A DNA stretch of 64,000 nt. Source: Spirosomataceae bacterium. GTDB taxonomy: Bacteria > Bacteroidota > Bacteroidia > Cytophagales > Spirosomataceae. The notes under the pieces were generated by a model. The model was not told the origin of the DNA. It worked only from the letters and a program-made list of their open reading frames with translations, and did not search any database. The translations under genes and the position numbers were made by a program. Shown here in pieces: positions 57,098-64,000 of the stretch; positions within the stretch are counted from its first letter, which is position 1, and each line of letters begins with the position of its first letter. The stretch lies in assembly GCA_046292055.1 (NCBI GenBank), contig JBKBRQ010000001.1, positions 24,108-88,107 of the forward strand. The letters are read 5' to 3'.

Positions 57098-59425
57098 ATG
57101 ATTTACGTAAACAAAAAGCAGGTATCTATTAGGATGCGGCTAGCAGTTCTTTTTCTCTTTCTATCAAGTATCGCATTTGGACAAAATACACCAACTGTTG
57201 AAAATATTTCTGATAAAGAGTTAATGGCTTTGATAAAAGAGGCTGAAAGTAGAGGATTAAGCGAAGAACAGATTGAAACCCTAGCATTGGCAAGAGGTTA
57301 TTCGCAGTCAGATATTCAAATAATTAAAGACAGAATTAATCAAATAAAGTCAGGTGTTTCGTCCCAAAAAATTGGAAATAACAATGAGTCAAGTAGAAAA
57401 CAACTAGGTGAATTATCTGAAAGGGTTGTTACTACCATTGAGACGGAGGGTGAGACACAAAAGGAAAAAAGAGAAAGATTTGGGAAAGCATTATTTAGTA
57501 ATAAAAAACTCGCATTTGAGGCAAATTTAAAAATACCCACACCTAAAAATTATCAGTTAGCGGCATCAGATCAACTCAAGATTGATATAACAGGATATGC
57601 TTATCAGCACTATGACGCAACGGTTTCGAATGAAGGGACAATTAAAATCGAGAATTTAACTCCTATTTATGTTAATGGCCTAACCGTAGATGAAGCAAAA
57701 GTAAAAATAGTTGAAAGACTAAAAAGTTTATATGCAGGCTTAAGAAATGGAGGGTTATCTATTGATGTAACCCTTGGAGATGTAAGGAGTATTCAAGTAA
57801 CCGTCATTGGTGAAGCCGAGTCGCCAGGAACCTACACCGTTTCCTCTCTATCCTCTGTGCTAAATGTTATCTATTTGGCGGGAGGTCCTTCTGATATAGG
57901 AACTATGAGAAATATTCAGGTATATCGTGAAAATAAACTTGTAAAATCGTATGATATTTATGATTTATTGCTCCACGGCAAAAGAGACAATATGATTCTC
58001 AGAAATCATGATGTGGTTTTAATTCCAGTATCTGAGTACAATATTGATATTCATGGTGAAGTACGTAGACCAGGCATCTATGAGTTAAAAGCTGGAGAGT
58101 CTATGAGTAAACTGATAAATTATGCCGCTGGATTTACAGAAAAAGCATATCGGTCGTCAATCACTGTTAAACGAATGACGGAAAAAGAAAGAGAAATTAT
58201 CACATTACTAGAAGCAGACTTGAATAGATCATTAGCAAAAAATGGTGACGAAGTAATAGTGGGTACTATATTGGACAGATTTACAAATAAAGTAGAGGTA
58301 ATTGGTGCTGTATTTAGACCTGGAGAATATGCAATAGGAAAAGATATTCAAACTGTAAAACAACTAATCAATGCAGCCGAAGGAGTCAGGGAGGATGCAT
58401 ACGCACAAAAAGTTTTTTTACAGAGACTTAAAGAAAATGGTGATGTAAGCATCAGTCAAATTAATTTGATTGATATCCTAAATGATAAAAAAGAAGATAT
58501 AGTACTGAAAAGGGAGGATAAAATAATTATCAAGTCGATTACGGAGATACGGGAAGCAAGAAGTATTAAAGTCATTGGCTCAGTGGTTACTCCAGGAGAT
58601 TTCGATTACTTGGAGGGAATGACGGTTGAAGATGTCATTGTCTTTGCTGGAGGATATAAAGAAGGAGCAAATAAAGGTCAGGTAGAGGTAGCGAGAAGAG
58701 TACTAATTTCTGGGGATAATAAAGGAAAAGAAATGACAACACAAATTTTCACCTTCAATCCAAGTAGAGGTGATGATTTGAAGTTTAAGCTAAACCCTTT
58801 CGATGAAGTGTACGTAAGAGATAATTCAAATTATGAGGTTCAAAGAAAAGTGATTGTGTCTGGACAAGTAAAGTACCCTGGAAAATATGCTTTAGAAGGG
58901 CAGACGGATAGAATTTCAGATTTAATTAATCGTTCGGGAGGATTGAAAGAAAATGCTTTCATCGAGAGTGCTAAGTTCTACAGAAAAAAACAACTTTTGG
59001 GCGTTGACATTGCCACGATTGTTAAAGATGAAAGTTCAAATAATAATTTAGTTCTATTCGAAGGAGATAGTTTATATATCCCGACAAAAATAGCTACTGT
59101 TGAAGTAAAAGGGCAGGTCTTGAATCCTACAGTTGTAGCCTACAGCCCAAATTATTCATTTGGTGATTACATTTCACTCGCGGGTGGATATACAGATAGT
59201 GCGAGTGTCAAAAAATCGTACGTAATCTATGGGAATGGTTTAATGGACAAAACAGAAACATTTTTAGGGATTAAGAAGTATCCTAAACCGGAAATGGGGA
59301 TGACTGTTGTTGTACCTACAAAAAGAAAAAATACACTTACAAAAGCGGAGGTATTCACATTGAGCTCAAGCTTAGCTTCATTGGCATTGGTACTTGTTAA
59401 CTTGGTTAGATTGATTCAGCCGTAA
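57098..59425 (+). CDS. polysaccharide export protein, Wza-like with multiple SLBB domains
   Basis: The Poly_export-like segment (YQLAASDQLKIDITGY...) is followed by repeated V.V.G.V..PG.Y SLBB units and a C-terminal TM helix. An alternative start is the ATG at 57134. Confidence 0.88.
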   Translation: MIYVNKKQVSIRMRLAVLFLFLSSIAFGQNTPTVENISDKELMALIKEAESRGLSEEQIETLALARGYSQSDIQIIKDRINQIKSGVSSQKIGNNNESSRKQLGELSERVVTTIETEGETQKEKRERFGKALFSNKKLAFEANLKIPTPKNYQLAASDQLKIDITGYAYQHYDATVSNEGTIKIENLTPIYVNGLTVDEAKVKIVERLKSLYAGLRNGGLSIDVTLGDVRSIQVTVIGEAESPGTYTVSSLSSVLNVIYLAGGPSDIGTMRNIQVYRENKLVKSYDIYDLLLHGKRDNMILRNHDVVLIPVSEYNIDIHGEVRRPGIYELKAGESMSKLINYAAGFTEKAYRSSITVKRMTEKEREIITLLEADLNRSLAKNGDEVIVGTILDRFTNKVEVIGAVFRPGEYAIGKDIQTVKQLINAAEGVREDAYAQKVFLQRLKENGDVSISQINLIDILNDKKEDIVLKREDKIIIKSITEIREARSIKVIGSVVTPGDFDYLEGMTVEDVIVFAGGYKEGANKGQVEVARRVLISGDNKGKEMTTQIFTFNPSRGDDLKFKLNPFDEVYVRDNSNYEVQRKVIVSGQVKYPGKYALEGQTDRISDLINRSGGLKENAFIESAKFYRKKQLLGVDIATIVKDESSNNNLVLFEGDSLYIPTKIATVEVKGQVLNPTVVAYSPNYSFGDYISLAGGYTDSASVKKSYVIYGNGLMDKTETFLGIKKYPKPEMGMTVVVPTKRKNTLTKAEVFTLSSSLASLALVLVNLVRLIQP

Positions 59426-59437
59426 TCAAATAATAGA

Positions 59438-60472
59438 ATGGAACAGAAAGAAGAAATTATCACGATAAGTTTGAAAGATTTTTTTCAAGTAATATGGAAA
59501 GAAAAGATAATTGTTGTTGCAATTATATCTTTGTTTATTGGGCTTGGAGCATATATAGCATTTACAAAACAAGAACAGTTTACGGCAAGTGGGCGTATAT
59601 TACCTGAGTTTGAAACAAAAGGAGGCGGACTCAGTCAATTTGCTGGACTTGCTAGTTTAGCGGGTGTCAGTTTAGATAAGGCGAGTGGGGGCGAGGCAAT
59701 TCGACCGGATTTGTATCCTGATATTCTGAAAAGTATTCCTTTTTTTAATACTCTTTTTGATTTTCAAGTCATTACGAGGAATAACCAGAAAATGACTTTC
59801 AATCAGTTTTATGATAAGGTGATTGATCAAGGTAGGGAAGTAGATCCTAAAAAACTAGATTCGTTTAAAATTAAACCAAACGGATACCTTATCCAAAATC
59901 AGTTAAAAGAGGAAAGAATTGAGGCATTAAAGGAAAGAATTACGGCGGTAATTGATAAAAAAAGTGGGGTTATTACAATAACTGTAAAAATGCCTGATCC
60001 TGTTGTAGCGGCGCAGATAACCAAATTTTCGATGGATTATCTCACAGAATATGTGACAGAATACCGGACAGTCAAAGCTAAAAAAGATTTGGACTTTTTA
60101 GCGGATAAGGTTGCAGCAGCAAGAGGTAAATTTTATACAAAACAATCGCAAAAGGCGCAATATGCAGACCAGTTCCAAGCACCTACAATTCGACTTCAAT
60201 CTGCAGATATTCAAAGGGAGCGAATTGAGTCAGAGTACAGAATATCTTCGTCGTTTTATAATGAGTTATTGAAGAAGTACGAAGAAGCGAAAATAAAGTT
60301 GCAGCAGGAAACTCCAGTGTTTCAAATTTTAGAGCCACCTGTAGCGCCGACACAGAAATCTGAACCCAAAAAGGCAGTAATTCTATTGGCTTTTGCTGTG
60401 GTAGGTGGATTGATTTCCACAATTATGGCATTATTGGTACGTAAAAATTATAAACAAGTTTTTCAGTCCTAA
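59438..60472 (+). CDS. Wzz/chain-length-determinant family protein (no kinase domain)
   Basis: N- and C-terminal TM helices flank a coiled periplasmic domain. No Walker A motif is present in the ORF. Confidence 0.8.
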   Translation: MEQKEEIITISLKDFFQVIWKEKIIVVAIISLFIGLGAYIAFTKQEQFTASGRILPEFETKGGGLSQFAGLASLAGVSLDKASGGEAIRPDLYPDILKSIPFFNTLFDFQVITRNNQKMTFNQFYDKVIDQGREVDPKKLDSFKIKPNGYLIQNQLKEERIEALKERITAVIDKKSGVITITVKMPDPVVAAQITKFSMDYLTEYVTEYRTVKAKKDLDFLADKVAAARGKFYTKQSQKAQYADQFQAPTIRLQSADIQRERIESEYRISSSFYNELLKKYEEAKIKLQQETPVFQILEPPVAPTQKSEPKKAVILLAFAVVGGLISTIMALLVRKNYKQVFQS

Positions 60473-60488
60473 GACGAAATAAGTAACA

Positions 60489-61064
60489 ATGAAAATTTGC
60501 CTTGCTACCAATAACCAGCATAAAGTTGAAGAATTCGTAAGCATGCTTCAAAATGCTAACTTTGAGATTGTAACCTTGAAGGAACTAGGGTGCCACGAGG
60601 ATATTGAAGAAACAGAAGATACGCTTGAAGGTAACTCTATGTTGAAGGCGAAGTTTATCTTTGAAAAATACGGAGTAAGTTGTATGGCTGATGACTCCGG
60701 TTTAGAAATTGATGCTTTGGGAGGAAAACCAGGAGTATACTCGGCGAGATATGCAGGTGAGTACGGGAATCACGATAAAAATATCCAAAAAGTACTCGAC
60801 GAACTAGAAAAAATAGAGAATAAACAGGCACAGTTTCGAACTGTAATTACATTGATTATTGATGGTGTTTTAACTCAAGTAGAAGGAATCGTACGTGGTC
60901 AAATAAGTAGTGTCAAGAAAGGACAAAACGGATTTGGGTATGATCCCATATTTATTCCGGATGGTTTTACAAAAACATTCGCAGAAATGACAATGCAAGA
61001 GAAGAATCCAATCAGTCACAGAGGCCTTGCTTTAGAAAAGGCAATCAAGATTCTAAACAAATAA
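60489..61064 (+). CDS. rdgB: RdgB/HAM1 non-canonical purine NTP pyrophosphatase
   Basis: MKICLATNNQHK..., DDSGLEIDALGGKPGVYSAR, FGYDPIF. Confidence 0.95.
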   Translation: MKICLATNNQHKVEEFVSMLQNANFEIVTLKELGCHEDIEETEDTLEGNSMLKAKFIFEKYGVSCMADDSGLEIDALGGKPGVYSARYAGEYGNHDKNIQKVLDELEKIENKQAQFRTVITLIIDGVLTQVEGIVRGQISSVKKGQNGFGYDPIFIPDGFTKTFAEMTMQEKNPISHRGLALEKAIKILNK

Positions 61065-61096
61065 AAAAAGCGAAGAGTTACTCTTCGCTTTTTTTA
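61065..61096 (+). terminator. intrinsic terminator (AAAAAAGCGAAGAGT / ACTCTTCGCTTTTTTT)
   Basis: 10-bp stem plus T7. Confidence 0.88.
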
Positions 61097-61204
61097 TTTG
61101 TAGGTGTTTGTAATTTCGTCTTAAAAAGGCCCGTAGGTTTTTGTACGACAAAATTCGAAAATACATCTAAGTATAACTACGCTCAAATTACCAAGAAGTA
61201 GTGC

Positions 61205-61212
61205 TATATTTG
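61205..61212 (+). promoter_or_regulatory. -7 box TAtaTTTG (promoter of the second AraC gene)
   Basis: Exact TAnnTTTG, 42 nt upstream of the ATG. Confidence 0.45.
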
Positions 61213-61253
61213 CATAATGTAATAGATAAAACACAAATGAGGGGTAATTTAGC

Positions 61254-62096
61254 ATGAAAGTCACCTTTGAGAATATAGCACCGGATATTGGCAGCTCGTT
61301 TAGAATGATTCATTGGTTATCAGAAAATGATAAATTCTTTTGGCATCAACATCCCGAATATGAAATTATTTTCATAAAAAAAGGGAGTGGAAGCATCCGT
61401 GTAGGAGATTTTCAAGGAAGATATGAAGAGGGACAGCTTCTTTTTTTAGGACCTAATCTTCCACACACTGGACTAGGCTATGGTGTAATTGGTGAACACG
61501 AAGAAATAATTATACAACTTCGAGAGGACTTTCTAGGGAAAACAATCTGGGATGCACCAGAAATGCAACAAATTCATCGTCTATTTGAACGTTCAAAAAG
61601 AGGCATAGTATTTAATGGGTCAAAAAAAGAAAAGGTAGGTGAGTTATTAGAAAAAATGCTAGAAAAAGAACCTTTTCAACGGCTACTTATTCTCTTAGAT
61701 GTTTTACAGAAAATGGCCGAAATACAGGAGTTTGAATTAATGAATGCATCAAGTACATTGGCTGATGTTACACATTTAGATGAACAAAGAATGTTAGCTA
61801 TTTATAAGTTCGTTGAGGAGAATTACAAAAAAACAATTGCTATGAAAGATATAGCTGAAGTAGCGAATCTTACGATTCCTTCTTTCTGTCGGTATTTTAA
61901 AAAGAAAACTCGGCAAACATTCATTGATTTCTTGAATGAATACCGAGTTAACCAAGCGTGTAAAAGCTTACAAACCTCAAAAGGTGTAACGGAAATATGT
62001 TTTGATTCAGGATTTAATAATGTGTCACATTTTAACAAAACATTCAAAAAAGTGACTGGAAAAAGTCCTAAAGAATACAGATTTGAGATTAAATAG
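61254..62096 (+). CDS. AraC-family transcriptional regulator (cupin N-terminus)
   Basis: HQHPEYEIIFI cupin-like segment, and C-terminal ...CFDSGFNNVSHFNKTFKKVTGKSPKEYR HTH. Confidence 0.9.
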   Translation: MKVTFENIAPDIGSSFRMIHWLSENDKFFWHQHPEYEIIFIKKGSGSIRVGDFQGRYEEGQLLFLGPNLPHTGLGYGVIGEHEEIIIQLREDFLGKTIWDAPEMQQIHRLFERSKRGIVFNGSKKEKVGELLEKMLEKEPFQRLLILLDVLQKMAEIQEFELMNASSTLADVTHLDEQRMLAIYKFVEENYKKTIAMKDIAEVANLTIPSFCRYFKKKTRQTFIDFLNEYRVNQACKSLQTSKGVTEICFDSGFNNVSHFNKTFKKVTGKSPKEYRFEIK

Positions 62097-62103
62097 GAAA
62101 TTA

Positions 62104-62583
62104 TTAGCGCATTCTATCTGCAGACTTCACTAACTTTTCATCTCTACGTATCATTCTATTAGCAACCCAATTGCTGAATAGAGATACAAAAGCAGCCCAA
62201 AAGCCAATACCAAAGATACCTTCAATACCGGCATCACCCATGGGATTAGCCATATATTGAATGTTATAAACGGTAAGCCCTACGGCAGCCCCCATAAGAA
62301 GCGAGTTCAAGGCAACAAAAAGCATTTGACGTATTCTGTTCTTGTATTGAAATATCGTGAATATCGATAATCCAGCTGCTAAAACAGCTAAAATAGCCAC
62401 ATAATATACGGGATGGTCTGTTGTGACTAATGAACCCGAAGCATTTGCCTCGAATACATGATACGGATTCACAACAACAGTCGAGCCATCACCGTTTGTT
62501 TTTTTCCATGAATTAGTCCCTAAAAAAACAAACATACCCAAGGCAGATACGAGTAATAATAATGATTGAAAACGCTGTAACAT
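62104..62583 (-). CDS. DUF4293-like polytopic membrane protein
   Basis: MLQRFQSLLLL... start and four hydrophobic helices. The family name is from memory. Confidence 0.6.
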   Translation of the reverse strand: MLQRFQSLLLLVSALGMFVFLGTNSWKKTNGDGSTVVVNPYHVFEANASGSLVTTDHPVYYVAILAVLAAGLSIFTIFQYKNRIRQMLFVALNSLLMGAAVGLTVYNIQYMANPMGDAGIEGIFGIGFWAAFVSLFSNWVANRMIRRDEKLVKSADRMR

Positions 62584-62689
62584 AGCAAACAGAATTAAAA
62601 TGAGAATTGATTTTTTGCAAATCTACACATTAACTCAATTTTTATATAAGGTTCAAAGGGAATTCATAAAACGAGAAATCTTTCTTTTA

Positions 62690-62697
62690 TAACTTTG
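62690..62697 (+). promoter_or_regulatory. -7 box TAacTTTG (gldG promoter)
   Basis: Exact TAnnTTTG, 37 nt upstream of the gldG ATG. Confidence 0.45.
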
Positions 62698-62734
62698 ACA
62701 TTAAATAATTACGTATCTATTCGTTTCATTACAG

Positions 62735-64000
62735 ATGAAAAAACATATAAAATCCTTTTTGCTTATTTTCGGTGGTATAGTTCTTTTAAATATCGGTTCG
62801 TATCATATCTACAAACGATGGGATTTAACCGAAGAAAAACGATATTCTCTTACGGATGCGTCTATCCACTTGCTTGAAAATGTTACAGAACCTGTTGTGA
62901 TAAAGGTATATTTGACAGGAGATGATTTACCCGGGGGATTTAAAAGGCTTGAAAAAGCTATCAATGAAACTTTGGAAGATTTTAGAAATATTTCTAATCG
63001 AAAAATTGACTACGAATTCATTGATGTAAATCAAATCTCGGATATAAACTCCAAACAGAAACAGATTGACGAGCTACTAGAGATGGGTATGCAGCCCACA
63101 AATATTTACGATAACCGCGGAGGAAGTAAAATAGAGACGTTGGTTTTTCCGTACGCAACTGTTTGGCAAAACGGAGAAGAGAGAATTGTTTTACTTTTAA
63201 AAGGAAACCAAGGTGCTAGCGCGCAAGAAAAGCTAAATCAGTCCTACGAAAATATTGAATATGCATTTACAAGTGCAATTCGACAATTAGAGCAGAAAGA
63301 AAAAAAGAAAATTGGGTTATTAACAGAGTTTACGACTTTGCAGCCCGTCCAATTTGCGGGATTTATCACTGCTCTACAAAAGTATTATGATTTGTTTATT
63401 CTTGATGCAAAAGCATCGATTACATTCGATGGATTAGATGCCTTGATTATCCCCAAACCAGAAAGACCAATTGATGATTCAACCAAATGGAAAATTGACC
63501 ACTTTGTTACAAGTGGAGGAAAAGTACTCTTTTTTGTGGACGGTGCGCGCGTAGATTCGTTGAATCTCTCTGGTAACTTTGCACAACCATTTTCGTCTAA
63601 TCTAGAAGACCTATTCTTTCATTGGGGCATACGTATCAACAACGACTTAATCAAAGATGCAGGAAATGCCCTTGCGATTCCTATGGTAGTAGGGAATATG
63701 GGAAATAGACCCAATATACAACCTGTACCTTTTCGATTTTTCCCTCTCATAAATTCATTCGGTCAAAGTCCAATTACACGGAATATAAACATGGTTTTTA
63801 CACGCTTTTCTTCGAGCTTAACAGCAGTGAAAGGGAATTCAAACTATCAAATTACTCCATTATTGCAAACAACGAAATACACAAAAGTTATTCAAACACC
63901 GGCGATGTTGTCATATAATGAGTCTAGAGAGGAGACAAGTTTTGACGAGTATGATCAAGGTGTTAAAACAGTTTCATATTTAATTGAAGGGGATTTCTCA
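62735..64000 (+). CDS. gldG: gliding-associated ABC transporter substrate-binding component GldG, N-terminal 422 codons (3' end outside the window)
   Basis: My own translation from the ATG at 62735 is MKKHIKSFLLIFGGIVLLNIGSYHIYKRWDLTEEKRYSLTDASIHLLENVTEPVVIKVYLTGDDLPGGFKRLEKAINETLEDF... The frame stays open to the window end (...GVKTVSYLIEGDFS). It is missing from the ORF track because no stop is reached. Confidence 0.8.
   Translation, partial: MKKHIKSFLLIFGGIVLLNIGSYHIYKRWDLTEEKRYSLTDASIHLLENVTEPVVIKVYLTGDDLPGGFKRLEKAINETLEDFRNISNRKIDYEFIDVNQISDINSKQKQIDELLEMGMQPTNIYDNRGGSKIETLVFPYATVWQNGEERIVLLLKGNQGASAQEKLNQSYENIEYAFTSAIRQLEQKEKKKIGLLTEFTTLQPVQFAGFITALQKYYDLFILDAKASITFDGLDALIIPKPERPIDDSTKWKIDHFVTSGGKVLFFVDGARVDSLNLSGNFAQPFSSNLEDLFFHWGIRINNDLIKDAGNALAIPMVVGNMGNRPNIQPVPFRFFPLINSFGQSPITRNINMVFTRFSSSLTAVKGNSNYQITPLLQTTKYTKVIQTPAMLSYNESREETSFDEYDQGVKTVSYLIEGDFS

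Overview
Low-GC (mid-30s % by eye) chromosomal segment that looks like a member of Bacteroidota (Flavobacteriia/Cytophagia-like). The lineage call rests on gliding/T9SS genes gldJ and gldG, TAnnTTTG -7 promoter boxes, the long NagB-LmbE fusion, an atpD-atpC pair split from the rest of the atp genes, and lineage-typical DUF families. I call 58 protein-coding genes: two are cut by the window edges and one is a 55-aa ORF absent from the supplied track. I also call one tRNA-Val(TAC), about 17 intrinsic terminators or hairpins, and several promoter boxes. Content is overwhelmingly core housekeeping (mfd, xth, mnmG, accD, dxr, nagB, mraY, lipB, psd, atpDC, gcvT, def, mreBCD, htrA, rdgB). I saw no transposase, integrase, prophage, CRISPR array, rRNA or recognisable defence island, so I cannot point to a discrete novel multi-gene system. 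The strongest signals are non-coding. (i) A 373-bp gene-free gap (10543-10915) holds 12 DnaA-box-like 9-mers followed by an A/T-only tract, which I read as a candidate dnaA-unlinked oriC. (ii) Two near-consensus parS centromere sites lie 36 bp apart just upstream of mnmG (6963-7014), and a third 14/16 site lies at 29168. (iii) At least five perfect DnaA boxes lie outside that gap, arranged as pairs at xth and between accD and dxr. (iv) A DasR/NagR-type (GntR/HutC) 16-bp palindrome abuts the nagB start codon. Protein-level oddities are also present. mreBCD is translationally coupled to a beta-lactamase-family serine hydrolase where PBP2/RodA is usually found, followed by a vanadium-haloperoxidase-like PAP2 lipoprotein. 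mraY is monocistronic outside any dcw cluster. A DUF58 module lacks MoxR/VWA partners. A yraN-VWA-like lipoprotein operon, a ~1,090-aa membrane-anchored coiled-coil protein and an 830-aa polytopic-TPR protein have unknown function. All functional calls rest on my own recognition of motifs in the supplied translations. No database search, GC-skew calculation or structure prediction was possible.
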